Of a DNA stretch of 64,000 bases, positions 47,762 to 60,541 are shown in pieces. The position numbers were made by a program, and so were the translations under genes. This stretch comes from Coniocarpon cinnabarinum (lineage: Eukaryota), in NCBI GenBank assembly GCA_051942205.1, contig JAVECO010000088.1:1-64000 (forward strand), read 5' to 3'. Positions within the stretch are counted from its first letter, which is position 1; every line of letters starts with the position of its first letter. Below the pieces are notes generated by a model that saw only the letters and a list, made by a program, of their open reading frames with translations, was not told the DNA's origin and searched no databases.

Positions 47762-48623
47762 ATGGCAGAAACGAAAGAGTCCAGCTCGTCTTTAGAGCGA
47801 GTGAAAAGATTCGGGAACTCGTTGTGGGACGCATTAGGATGTCCATGGTTCCCAACCCTTGGCGGCAAACGCGGTATTGTGCTTGTTGCGGATGATACCG
47901 CAAAAGGGAAACGTGAGACTCAGCATATTGAGAAAGTTCATTTTGAAAATAGCGCGAAGGAGAACCAAGGAGGTGAGGAAAAGAAGGGCCCTCGCGAGCT
48001 TTTGCGAAAGTTAAAAGTGAACAAGATGCGTTCCAGCTGGCAAAAGAAGGACCAGCGCGACGTTTGTCAGCTCTACCGGGATGTAGACATGGATTTTGAC
48101 ACTGTGGAACCCTATTGGATTGAAGAGCGCTTTCGTCGGGGATGTCCTAAGTGGAAAGAAGCCATCATCAAGCACTGGCAGACGCATCCTCCTTCATGTT
48201 GCGAAAGCTGGAAACCAAACGACATCGTAGCAGTGGTACTGTGAGTAGCTGCCTTGCGCTGGGTTAGTTGAACTTATAACGATATACTGACGAATACGAT
48301 GTAGACAAGTGGGAAATGCGACACTCGAGCCATCAGATCGGCAAGTGGAAGGTAAAATTCACGTTGCGTGGGTGGCGTTCCAGCATAGTGAAGACTGCGA
48401 CGAGCTCTCGAGCGCTGTTGGTGTTTTTTGTGTCATGAAAGAGCAATACAACAAGAAACCGCTAATGAAGAGATTCGTCTTCCATCCAGAAAAGGGACGC
48501 AAACCATTGAAGACGTTTGGTCCAGTCAAACCGCTGCATTTTGAAAAGAATCCGGCAGAGAAAAGAAAGCGATTTCAGGGACATAGCGGGCCTGTAACCG
48601 AACTTTACGCTATAACAGAGTAG
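47762..48623 (+). CDS. Hypothetical protein (two exons)
   Basis: ORFs 47762-48240 and 48305-48623 are joined in frame by intron 48241-48304 (GTGAGT...TACTGAC...TAG). No family recognised. Confidence 0.6.
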
Positions 48624-48755
48624 ACGTGCCACGATTTGTAGAAGCGACTTCGCTGCGAACGCCCAAACTTCAACAGGCCGCGCGAGGCTGCCATAGCAAG
48701 CTGAACATCACAAGCTCACGCGTCGCATACACAGATACACACACAGTTTCAAGCG

Positions 48756-49716
48756 ATGGACGCCGTCAACAATGCTCTAACACCTCTGCGACCGACCTTG
48801 CAAACCGTCACGCAGAACCTCCCAAATCCCCTCAACGATGCGGCCATCTCCCTCCTGGGCCAGCAATGTTATCGCTCTCTCGTCCTCCAACTTGACCTTT
48901 CCTCCAGCAACAGCGAGTGCACATCTCTTGCCATTTCCAAAGCGCTCGGCATAGGTATTGTCGGCGCGTCCGCTGTCGTCAAGATCCCTCAACTCCTCAA
49001 GCTCCTTCAGACACGATCAGCGGAAGGTGTCTCGTTTCTGTCGTACCTGCTGGAGACGGCCAGTTTCGTGATCACGCTCGCATACAACGTTCGCCATGGC
49101 TTCCCTTTCAGCACTTTTGGAGAGACTGCATTCATTGCAGTGCAAGATGTGGCCATTGCGGTCTTGATCCTCGCATTCACTGGGCGCGCGACGACAGCTG
49201 CGGTCTTTGTCGCGAGCTTGGCAGCTGCGGGATACGCTTTGTTTGGCGAGGGCAACCTCGTCAATATGGAGATGTTGGGTTATTTTCAGGCAGGTGCCGG
49301 AGTTCTCGGTGTCGCTTCGAAGCTCCCACAGATCTATCAGATTTGGTCTGAAGGTGGAACCGGACAGTTGAGCGCATTCGCGGTAAGCAGTCATGATCGA
49401 TTGCGTCCACGGCCACACACTGATGAACTTGCAGGTCTTCAACTATCTCGGCGGAAGCTTGAGCCGCATCTTCACGACCTTGAAAGAAGTGGATGACAAG
49501 TTGATCCTATACGGCTTCATCGCGGGATTCACGCTCAACGCGGTGCTTGCGGCGCAGACGATCTATTATTGGAATGACAAGAAGCCATCGCTGCCGAAGA
49601 AGTCGTCGAAGCGTGATGGAGCAGCCACCCCGAATGACGCATCCAGTGCGTCTACAAGCGCCACGCCCGCGGGCAACACAAGAAGCAAAGGGCCCTCGAC
49701 GCGCCGTCGTGGGTGA
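48756..49716 (+). CDS. MPDU1: Mannose-P-dolichol utilization defect 1 (PQ-loop) protein
   Basis: ISKALGIGIVGASAVVKIPQLLKL, GFPFSTFGE, SKLPQI..GGTGQLSAFA|VFNYLGGSLSRIFTTL; intron 49383-49434. Confidence 0.92.
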
Positions 49717-49802
49717 TGCGTATGTGTATTCTGCGCAAACATTATAACCTGATACCCAACACAATCAAAGTTCGTTTTCAATTGTCTTGACATTGGTCTT
49801 GA

Positions 49803-50525
49803 TTAGCCTTTCGGCAGAACGCCTGTATTCATGAATCTTAACACGTCTTCCAACCGCATCGGTTTGATCTCGTCCTCCTTGGCATCACCCTCCTCCTTCC
49901 TCTTCTCTTCCACCAACTCTTCCCCTTCATCATCCACCTCCACCATTCCATCGTTCAGCGCTCTCTTCACACCTGTCTTCACCCCTTCCGCGCCTTCCTC
50001 TGAATCGCGCTCCGCAATCGTGAAATCGATCCCAAAAGGCGTCTCTTCACTGACTCCAAACGCCTCCCCCGCCGCCCATCCACACAGCTCATCCAACTCC
50101 CTCCGTCCCAAACCCTCCACATCCCGCTCCGCACTCTCATCCACCAGTTTTCCCAACTTACTGCCCTGCTCGACCCACTCTTCCGCTTCGACACCAGGTG
50201 CCGTACTCAGCATCTGCGTCACTGGCCCCGCATGATTGAGATCGGGAAAGGACGGTGTGGGGTATGAGTGTGCACTCGCGAAGAAGGAAGCATGGCGATT
50301 TAGATGCGAGAGGGTGCGCTCGAATTGATTGGAGATGGTGAGGATCTGCTCTTGGAGGGTGTCGTAGGCGGGGAGGGTGGTGGCGCGGGCGAGTTGCGTG
50401 CGGAGGTTGTCGATGGAGGTGAGGAGGACGGAGAGGCGTTGGCGGGTGGTGTCGAGGATGTGGACGTCGGCTGGAGCGAGAGGCGCGGTGGGCTTGGTTG
50501 TGGGAGCTGAGAGGGTCGTCGTCAT
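49803..50525 (-). CDS. MED8: Mediator complex subunit Med8
   Basis: LDTTRQRLSVL...LPAYDTLQ...HSYPTPSFP...EEWVEQG and C-terminal MRLEDVLRFMNTG, characteristic of fungal Med8. Confidence 0.8.
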   Translation of the reverse strand: MTTTLSAPTTKPTAPLAPADVHILDTTRQRLSVLLTSIDNLRTQLARATTLPAYDTLQEQILTISNQFERTLSHLNRHASFFASAHSYPTPSFPDLNHAGPVTQMLSTAPGVEAEEWVEQGSKLGKLVDESAERDVEGLGRRELDELCGWAAGEAFGVSEETPFGIDFTIAERDSEEGAEGVKTGVKRALNDGMVEVDDEGEELVEEKRKEEGDAKEDEIKPMRLEDVLRFMNTGVLPKG

Positions 50526-50890
50526 GTTACAGGTAGCTGTGGAAGGTAGGTAATGCGTTGGATAAATGTTGAAAGTAGAGACGCCCTGTGAGTAGAGCGA
50601 TGCGAGAACGAACGGTCAGTTTCAAAAAGGTTGACTTGGTTTTATAAACGTGGTCTCCTATTCAGAGTCCTTCCCAGGTAAAGAATTCAACCTTTTTGCA
50701 GAACGAAAAGGAACTCAAATGAGACGACTTTGCACGTGTGAATGCGGAATACTGTATGAAGGCTTCACAGCACAGCAGCGTCCAAGCAATGCCTCTGAGA
50801 AAGTAAAGGAAGGTAGCGGCATTGGTCAATTTTATTCTGCCGTTCACTACTTTGAGAATTTGAACTGGCTGCTGAGAAGTATGCACTTAC

Positions 50891-52090
50891 TCAAGCCTTG
50901 CTCCTCAATCGGCCCCTTTCACTGAGCGCCTGCCGGATAGCAGTGCTGCTAATCTTCGACTCAAAAGCGGCGTCTGTCGTGGACGGATTCGCTTCCATAG
51001 GGTCTAACACATCAACCTCAAACACCTCAAGATCTTGCCAACCTTTCTCGCGCCGCTTGTCATTCACAGCCTTGCCGCCAGATCTCGTCTCCCCTGAAAC
51101 AATGAGCGCTGAAATGGCTTCATCTGTGATAGTAGGACCGAATGGATCAGCGATCTCCACCAGATTAAGCACCAGGCCCGGATGCATCTCGTAGTGCACA
51201 GCATGACCGTTTGGACCCGGATTTGAGACCTCTTGTTCTTTAACACTCGCGTCTGAAGCCGGTCTGAAGTCCATGATGTGGCTCAAGAATTTGCGAGCAT
51301 TGCGCTGCCGCTCATCCCAGCTCTCTAGCAGATCAGCATACTTCTTATTCTTGAGCAACTCGTCTCCAGTGATGCCGATGGTCAACACAATCTTTCGAGT
51401 CTGGTCCGGCTGAGCCAGGAAAGCGAACATAGTGAGTAGAAGCTTGTGACCGATGTGAATGTGGTCCCAAGTTCCACCTACTGCGATCGAGGTGTGAGGC
51501 TGAGCGGACTTGTCATCCTGTGCTGACTCCTCTCCTACTACTTGAATCGGACCACCAGGAACGCGGTGCACTTTGATGCGCTGATCTTGTCCAGTCGTGA
51601 AACGCTTCAAGAGCTCTTCTCCTTGCTCACTTTCGATAGCAAAGACAGACTGCCAGCTCCTTTGGCTCTGGATCAAGGTGTCGAACGTGATGACGGGCCC
51701 TATGCGATCACTCGCAGCGAATGCCGCTTGATTGGACCCATTTGAAGTCCTCGAACGAGCTATGATTAGCACACGTGGATCGATGCCCTCTGCATCTTCC
51801 ACGTTGATTTTCTCCTTTGCTGCGACGGTGCATATCAGCTTATAGATGCCCGCTACGAGTGCTTGCACCGGCTTGAAAACAGTACTGCGTGGCACATCGG
51901 GATAGTCATTTAGTAGTGGCACAGTAACTGCAATATCTAAGCTCGCGCCGACTGTAGCTGCTCGGATAGTCTGCGCAACTTGTTGCAATGTGGAAGTGAG
52001 GCTCTCTTGATAAGCGGCTTGGAGGGCGTCATGTGACGGAGGCCATGGTGGAGGAGGGAGAAGTAATAGATGCGCGGGGATGTTAGCCAT
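50891..52090 (-). CDS. CAB4: Pantetheine-phosphate adenylyltransferase (CAB4-like, HIGH nucleotidyltransferase)
   Basis: AVGGTWDHIHIGHKLLLT, IGITGDELLKNKKY, DPFGPTITDE..ALIVSGETRSGG.AVN..R and KISSTAIR. Confidence 0.88.
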   Translation of the reverse strand: MANIPAHLLLLPPPPWPPSHDALQAAYQESLTSTLQQVAQTIRAATVGASLDIAVTVPLLNDYPDVPRSTVFKPVQALVAGIYKLICTVAAKEKINVEDAEGIDPRVLIIARSRTSNGSNQAAFAASDRIGPVITFDTLIQSQRSWQSVFAIESEQGEELLKRFTTGQDQRIKVHRVPGGPIQVVGEESAQDDKSAQPHTSIAVGGTWDHIHIGHKLLLTMFAFLAQPDQTRKIVLTIGITGDELLKNKKYADLLESWDERQRNARKFLSHIMDFRPASDASVKEQEVSNPGPNGHAVHYEMHPGLVLNLVEIADPFGPTITDEAISALIVSGETRSGGKAVNDKRREKGWQDLEVFEVDVLDPMEANPSTTDAAFESKISSTAIRQALSERGRLRSKA

Positions 52091-52538
52091 GAACTAGTCA
52101 CGAACCCAATAGTAATTGATCCTCATCCGAAGTGGATCTGGATGATTCAGTATGTCTGAGGTCGTGCGCATGTAGTTTGGGAAAGGGATTTGACGCATGC
52201 AGGGCAACGCATGATCTTCCAGCTCGCTCGCGTTGCCTGCAGTACTGACCAACTCTAAGCACCGCACTAGCTCCTCCATTGACACAAATCTGCCTTTCAT
52301 TCAAACTACCTTCAGCTAGCATGCGGTCCTACAAGCTCAGCATTGGGCAGGATTAGGGGAATGTGATGCGCTGGACACAACAGAGATCGTCGCCTTGTTT
52401 CAAATACCTCCCGCATTCGCTTCCTCGGCTGGCCACCTCGACATAGTACCACCAGAATTGCCCATGTGGCTTTCGCGCCGCTGCATTGGTTGATCAAGAA
52501 AGAATTTAAAGCTTAGTAAAACTCGGCCGATTGTCAAC

Positions 52539-54355
52539 ATGGCTGGCGTCCCTCCATCGCAACAGTCTCCGCAAGGCTTCCCCTCGACCCCGTCAAGTTT
52601 GAACTCAATGGCCGCACGATCCGCACCCTCCACTGCTTACAGCTCGACACCAAACCAAGCGCCCGCGATGCCTCAAATTTCCACAAGTTTCCAGTCGTAT
52701 GACTATCAAGCTCGACCGACCACAATGGGTTCCACACATTCCTACTCTAGGTCAAGTCCTGCGGTGCCCATAGACCAAAAATACACCCGCTTCTCGCAGA
52801 CACCCGAATCCTCAAGGCATACGTCCACGTCCAGCTCGAAACCATTCATACCACAGACACCGACGGGCGCGCCTTCACAGTCGCCGTTGGCTTTGACAGA
52901 CATCAGACCTCGCACCGAACTACATCTAGGTGAAGACCTGACGAGTCCACATCCGATGTTGAACTTCGAGCCTATGGTTCAACAAACAACAAGCAATTAC
53001 ATCGCACCGTGGAACATTTACGCTTACGACTGGTGCAAGTGGTCAGTCAATGGGGGCACAGGAGCGGGGAAAATGGCCATCTGCAGCTACCTCGAAGACC
53101 CGCATAACTTCATTCAGATTTTGGACACAGATATCGAACAAGCAGATCCTAATTCGTACAGCCTCAGCTTCTCGAGGGTTGCCGAAGCCACATGCTCATA
53201 TCCAGTCACCAGGATACTCTGGGAGCCTCCATCGTCGCAAAAGCAAGTGACTGATTTACTGGCGACGTCAGGCGACCATCTCCGACTTTGGAGTCTACCG
53301 AACAACACCGTCACGCCCACGAGCAACACTATACATCCACGGACACCCACCTCGAGACGGAACTCCCCCACGCAAAAACTCACACCACTGGCCCTCCTCT
53401 CAAACTCCAAGACTCCTGAGCACACTGCGCCTCTCACCTCCCTAGATTGGAATAAGGTTTCTCCTAAGCTTATTATTACCTCCAGCATCGATACAACATG
53501 TACCATTTGGGACATACCTACATTGACAGCGAAGACGCAATTGATCGCACATGACAAAGAGGTGTTTGATGTTCGATTCTGTGCCGGCAGCGTGGATACG
53601 TTTGTCTCATGTGGCGCAGACGGCAGTGTTCGCATGTTCGATCTGAGAAGTCTGGAGCATAGCACAATTATTTATGAGCCAAGCGAAAAGAACGACAAAG
53701 GTATGCCTTGGCTATACTTGCCACAGCATGTTCAATCATCCTGTCGACATGCTTTACTGACAATCGCACCACAGGCCCAAGCCCCAGCGCACTCTCCCCA
53801 GGCGGTCAATCTAACGCCCAAACCGTCAACTCACCCCCGCCCCTCCTCCGACTCGCCGCCTCCCCACACGACTCCCACCTCCTCGCAACCTTCGCCGCCG
53901 ACTCTCGCGTCTTAAGAATCCTCGACCACCGCCAACCAGGCCAAGCCCTCCTCGAACTTCACGGCCACTCCGCCCCCATCACAGCGCTAGAATGGAGTCC
54001 CAACCGGCGCGGCATCCTCGCCAGCGGTGGCGACGACAGCCAAGTTCTCTTCTGGGATCTCGTGAACCCCGGGGCCTCTGCTACGGTCGTACCGGGCAGC
54101 TTGGGCGCGCCGAACCCGGCGCAGAATGGCATGGCTAGCCTCATTGGTAGTCCAGGGGGTGCGATGGTGGATGGAGGAAATGGCGTCAGTGCTGGTGTGG
54201 GAAGTGTGAGTGCGCCGAGCAATGCGAAGGGGCCTGCGGCGAGTTGGCGAAGTGATTTGGAGGTGGGGAATATTAGTTGGAGTCCTCGAAATGTCGGGGG
54301 CAGTGAGTGGGTGGGTGCGACGGGTGGACGAGCCGTGTGGGGTGTGAGAGTGTGA
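52539..54355 (+). CDS. DCAF7/WDR68/AN11-like WD40 protein
   Basis: YPVTRILWEP, DLLATSGDHLRLW, APLTSLDWN, ITSSIDTTCTIWD, KTQLIAHDKEVFDV and GADGSVRMFDLRSLEHSTIIYE. Intron 53701-53774 joins to PPLLRLAASPHDSHLLAT. Confidence 0.92.
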
Positions 54356-55462
54356 TCTGTCCTTGCTCAAAAGGCCTGGATCACACATCGCCTGAAGATG
54401 TTCAGCGAGCGCACGCAATGATTCTGAAGAACGTCGCCACAGCGGCGTTGCAGTTGGGCAAGCGAGCGCGGCAGAAGAACGCACGGCACCCTACTTGCTG
54501 AAGGTAAGTCGCCACGGACACGATACCAAATGGATAGAGTGGAAGAAGACGGCTGAAGAGAGTGTACGAGCCACGAATGACGAGCCAGTCGAGCACGCGC
54601 AAACGCATTACGAAGCGCGGCGTTGGATCATTGGTACTAGCCCTGTTGGAGTTTCAGGCAACGGCAAAGGAATCCAATGGACTCTACGAGTGATGTCGTA
54701 GAAAGAATTTGAGAATCACATTGAAACACAGTCATGCGCTCAGCAGTATGTTTCGGTGATGGTAGTGACGGCTCATGAATTCTGTGATGTTGTTTCTGAT
54801 GCAGGATCGTGACTCTCATGCTAGGTTTGGTTACAGCAAATTTAGTCACAGTCATTGAATGAGGAAATACAAGATCAGGGGATTCCTCATTTACCGTTAA
54901 GATGAAAGATTACATCAAGAACCAAGTTCCGCTAGGTCGCTGAAACGTCACCTCTGAGCGCATCAACAATGCTCCTCGTTCACAAACACCGAGCTATAGC
55001 GTCCAAAGTCACGGCGTATCCTGGATATCGAACGGTCACTGCAGTGAGCTAGAGCAGCGAGTTAGAGTAGCACAGCTTGGCAAACAAGAGACCCATGATA
55101 GTACAGACATTCTGAGCGTCAATTCGAATGGATCTGTCGGTTCGTGCGATTGATGAGGACCCATCTGCTCTAGGATGGGTACACCTGCATCGAGCAGGTC
55201 CATGTCCCCTTCTTTGTCGAGAGAGCAGCTTGATGAGCTGCGTGTCGAGTAGCACAAGTCGTCCAACGAGCTGTCACCAACGAATCGAAGTGTTTTTTTA
55301 CGAGGCCCAGTTAACATGACGTCCCATTGCAAAGAATTGGACCACGTGAAAGAGACAGCGTCATGCACATACAAATGCTAGTCTAAGCTACACTGTTATG
55401 AACAACGCAACCTGAATCACTGTCTCCGAAACAATCGACATCTTGTGATACACCGAGCAATC

Positions 55463-58400
55463 CTAAAACTGCCATGCTAACACATCGACATCTCTCATCT
55501 CCCGCTCTGACAACGCAGCTCCGTGCACTTTGAGTCCTCTGTATGATCTTACGAACTCTTGCACAGGTGTTTCCTCCGGTCCTTCATCTTCTTGCTGTTT
55601 TCCTCCACCATCATCGCCTTCAGTTGCACCTCCATCTTTCACTGTGTCCTTCATCCCCTCCTTCACTACTTCTTTCACTTCATCCTCGATCCCCGCCTTC
55701 ACCCCGTTCTTAATTTCATGCTTCACTTCATCCGTAATTGTAATCTTCACCTCATCCTTCACCATGTCTTTTGTCTCTTTATCCTCCCCATCCTCACGCC
55801 AAACATCGCTTAGTGCATCTCTCTGACGTTCCAAGAACGCGTTTCGTGACGGTGTCATCCTCTCACTTGTGCGTGCACGAATGTCTCGAGGGACAGACGC
55901 ATGAGCGTGAAGGGGACTGCTGCCCCGAGAATGATCCGAGACTCTGCCCACTTGCTGGTGTGATCGTATGGGACGAGTTGTCTGATCCCGCGGAGAAGGA
56001 ATCCAAGGACTGCTTTTGGTCCGTGTCGATTTGGGGGATTCTGCCTGCTTCGGAGAATTGTGCGGCTCTTGTGGCGTTGCCGCGGATGGCGAAGCTGCGG
56101 CCGTTGCTGTGTCTTTGGGGTACTGGGGTGAATGGTCCGGCTGCTCGTGTTGACGGCGTGGTGGGGACTGCTTCTCTTGGCTTCGTGCCGAGCCAGTTGC
56201 GGGATTCGTCTCTGTACTCTCCTTTGACTCGAGGGTAGGATGGGGGTGAGTAGGTAGGTCTGTAGCAGTCGCCGCGGGAGGGAATGTCCCTTCGGGCATC
56301 GATGTATTGCCGTGGTCTGGGCGTGTGCTGGATGTCGAAAAATCGTGGTGGTTGCTGGTCGTCTGAGGCTCTGCGCGGGGACGGACGATTGAAGAGGGAC
56401 TGCGCATCGTATAAGCCGGGTCTAGAGGCGACACTGGAGTTGAGTGATCTAGTGGACGTGGCACCTTGGGTCGTGATTGGGGTGGCGGCATGGCCTTGTC
56501 TGAGTTGAATGGTGTTTGGGGTGTGGAGAATATAGGAGCTCGGTTTGGACTGGAGTGTGTGAGGCGAACGCCGTGACTGGTCGATGCTGGACGCTGGATT
56601 GGAAGAGATGATCTGGGTGTTTGTGGTAGTGGCAGAGATTTGCGTTGCAGTCGATTCCCCTGTGACAGGTGCGGAGCTCTTCGCGGAGGTCGTAGGCTTG
56701 ACAGTGCCTCCTGATGTTTGAAGTTTGGAGGTGATTTTATTGAGTTCTGTCTTGGGCTTGTCGGGGACCTCTTCATGTTGTTCATCCCGGATGCGTGATC
56801 CACTGTGACCGAGCTGCCTAAATGAGGGTTCAATGGGGTTCTTTGATCCGCTGTCCCGCTGGGTCGATCGACGGTCACTGCGCTCGTCGTCGGCACTTTG
56901 GCCGACTCTGTTGTCGAATTGGTCTTTTCGTTGCTGCTCGGCTGTTGACTGTTGGACGCTGGCAGAGCTGTTTGATTCGAGCTTGACTCGTCCGTTATCA
57001 AGATCGGTTGATGAACACTGTTCGGACTCCGCCTTGTCGTGCTGAGTGACTTCGTTGGTAGAGCTATAGCCTCTTGTAAGTCAGTTAAAAAAGCAAAAGG
57101 TTTTCAATCGTAAATAGACACGTACCTGGAGATTCCTCACCGCCTGTTTTCCAAGGCAAGGTGCGCCTTCTTTTAGGTTGCGCAACGTCAGGCTCTTGTG
57201 GTGTCGATGCAATAGACTCACGCGGCTTGTTAGAAGAATTGCTATTTGGAGTCTCCTCAGCTGGACGTTCTTCATTCTTTACTAAGAGCGAGCCTCGCCC
57301 ACTGGTGCGAGAGCGCGAAAATTCAAGGGCTTGTTTGAGTGTCGCAGGGTTCAAGATTCGTTTGGTGTAGATGGGTTCGTCAATGTGCTCGTCATAGAAA
57401 TCCTTGTAGCTCATCCCCAACGTTTCATCATACTCTGTGATATTGCGAACCACATAGTCATCCCAGAGGGACTTGTGTAGATTTCTGGCAAGCTGGTCGA
57501 TTTCTTTGCACATCTTGAAGAAATGCCGGCGCCCTTCGTCGTAGTCCGCGTATGCCTGTACAAAAGCCACAAAGGGATCTTCAAGGTTCGCTACGGCCGG
57601 CGACGATGCAAGAGACTGGCGTGATTTTGATGCTTGAGCTGAGTCACTCGACGGAGTATGTCTGCTCGGTGTCTCGAGATCGAGTCGGCGCCGTTTGTTT
57701 GGAGGGAGTGAAGGATTGCTCAAGCGCCTAGACGTTGACTCTGCTTCTTCCTGGGGAACAACATCCATGGGCGTCGATAGTGGCTGTGCTGCTTGCTGAG
57801 CATGAGCCGTATGCTTGGATATCGGTGATGGTTCTTGTCCGTCCACAGCAGGGACTGCCCCGTTTCCAAGGTTGCTACTTGGATTAGATGGGTGTGGAGA
57901 GTAATTCATTTCATCCTCGGCAGGCCGAGCCAATGGTTGAGGTCCGTCCAAGTCGGACAGATGCTGTGGGCTTTGTTCCTCACACAAGTCACGTTGGGTG
58001 ACCTCCCGCCTATTCTTTAGAAACTCTCGTCGTTGACGGCGAGCAACGGCTGCAGGATTTTCGACCTCGGCAAGTGCATCCTCAAAGCCAAGGCCAGCCC
58101 TTTGAAATGATCGAAGTTCTTCATTTTCCCGAGATTGGCTACGTGCAGGTTGGCCAGAAGTTTGCTGTTGCTGCGGGTCTTCAAAGCGCACTGCAGCTCC
58201 TCCCCTGGCTGGACTGTCAATACGACGTACAGCTTCTTGATTCTTCGCTGGCTTATCACCGGCCATCGTTGCATGACGTTCTGGCAACACTGTGCCCGGA
58301 ACAAGCGTTTCATTTGATTCGTGACGTCCATTGGGCGTTGATAAAGAAGAGCGGGAAGGGCCAGCTTGTTGGACAGAATCTGACTTACGAGGGCTCGCTA

Positions 58401-60065
58401 TGGGGCTATCATAGGAGTTTGACATCTGTTTAGTGTGCCGAATTCGAGCGTCTTGGTGCGAGATAGCATTCCCAGTAGTGGTGGCATTGCCTACGACTTC
58501 AGGCACAGTCACATCCAAGTCTTCGCCAGAATCGCTCCCATCCATGCTGACGTCGTGCGAAGGCGTTTCAAGGTGTGTGGTTGGTTGTCCCTCTCCGCTC
58601 GCCTGTTTAATTCGACTGGTTGGGACATCTGACCTCGGCGTCGGGTTTGAGCTATCAACTGGTCGCCAACTCTCGTCGTGAATATCATCAATAGCAAGCT
58701 GTGGCATGTCTGGAGCAGGGCTTGGTGGTTGAGATTGTGACCAATCAACAGGCTCATCACTTCTATCAGTCGCATTACTCAGTCGGCGCGTGCGCGTCTC
58801 GGTGGACTTCGTGGGAGCGGTCTCAGCCTCGCGGTTTGAATATGGGTGGCCTCTGGCCTGCAATACTGAAGGCCGATTGCCATCTATTTCCTCCAAGTTG
58901 GTATCCACAGGCTTCAGGTAGCCTCTGTGGAACTTTTGCTTAAATTCGTCCAGGATTTCTGGTGGTAAGAGACTACTAGTGCCAGCTACATCCGGTAATG
59001 GATATTGCCAGGCTGTTGGATATTTAGCTTAGCTCACACGTGGTACTTCTGACAAAGTACTTACAGCTTGCACGACGCAAGACGGCTTTCTGCCTAGAGT
59101 CAACAGTGATCCCGCAAAGCTTTTGCTCCGCTGCTTTTGTCATCTTCGTGGGCACCGATTGAGTTGTCCTGCGAGCCGAGGAACTTTTATGCTCTGAAGC
59201 ACCAGGTGCTTGTTGTGCTTTCAGTATCCTCAACGCATTTTGCTTCTGCAATGATGCACTCAGGCCATGCCTCTCCGGTTGCGGGCGTTGCCGTTCCGCA
59301 TCGATGGAGCGATATTGGTCTGCATGCACAGGAGCGGCGAGGTTGAGACTCCCATCCAAACTTAGATCGCGTCCGCCATGTTTAGCCATATCGCTAGTGC
59401 GATGATACTGTTGCGCGTTAGGGATTTGAGACAGCAAATCTGCGCTATGACCCTTCACAGAGAGTTCTCTCTCGTCCAATGATACTGTGCCCGGCGGGTC
59501 GCAGATGCTTTGAACAAGTTTTGCGATGTCACGCTCTTGTCGGAGTTCAGACGGGTAATGGGTTTGTGAGAACGCCGAGCCTTGAACAAGACCAAAATTC
59601 TCAATCAACAAGCTCAAGTAGTCCTCTGAGGTTCCCCACTGCGAAACTCCCAGCTGACATTCAGAAATGGTATAAACTTCACCCGCGTGGCCGTCTGCAA
59701 AGGCCTTTCCTATTCCGTCCTTGAAATCTTCCAATGCTTTTTTGGTCAGCCGAGCAGAGATCCAGTGTGCGCCATCAGAGGCAGTAACAAGGCATGAATT
59801 GCCTTTCGTTCTGCGCTTCAACACAGTCAAATTTAAGGAACACCTCTGCAGCGCCCGTGCACCAACCTCTATGAATTGGAGTCTGCCTGGATATGGCAGT
59901 TCGATCCCTTTGAATTAAACATGTGAGCCTGACCAGTTTACATATCCAAGCCAAGAGTTAGAACTCACACCAGTGACTGCCATCTTCTCTTCGAAGCCCC
60001 TCCTGTAAGCCTTGACGTATACTTTCATGTAGCCATGGGGATATAGCTTTCGCGACCGGGACCAT
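55463..60065 (-). CDS. Large protein with N-terminal TPP1/Est3-like OB fold and long disordered region (shelterin TPP1/Tpz1-like)
   Basis: ATG at 60065; introns 59968-59908, ~59064-59013 and 57125-~57073 join the ORFs in frame. The N-terminus ISPWLHESI...GRLQFIE...LVTASDGAHWISARLTKKALEDF resembles the TPP1/Est3 OB fold. Confidence 0.65.
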
Positions 60066-60541
60066 CGTGTGGCCACGAAAGCTCCTCTGCGCCCGATTTG
60101 CCGTTAAAATGCATTCGTCGAATCTCCCGCAGCCCTGCATGCAGCTCGGACTGGCCGACGCGTGCACAATGATGTTGAGTTCGCGTTACACAATCTTGCG
60201 TAAATTGGACGCGAGAAGCAATCACGTGTCCAAAAAGAGCTAGTGCTATTCTATGCGTGTCATGATTTTTCTAGCCGTTTCTTGATATCATGAACAAGCT
60301 TGGCAGTCACGCTCAAGTTCACTGCCATCAAAAGTCCTTGATCATGTCTGACCTCTCTAGCTACACGCTCGAACTGTCGATAAACTCGCTACGCTGTAGC
60401 TCTTCTGCAATGAACGCACCGCTGCCCATTAGCGAGCTCTACACTTGCGGGGCTCGTGGCATGCGGAGGTGGCTCGAGGACATGCCGCTCCCAACATAGT
60501 TTTCTCAGTCACGAGACCTGTATCAATGATAAGGTACCAGC

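Noticed and set aside
55640..55775. Periodic VK[DE]xx-like peptide repeats near the C-terminus of the TPP1-like protein
   Set aside because: Simple low-complexity 12-bp slippage repeats inside a disordered region; no evidence of a separate element.
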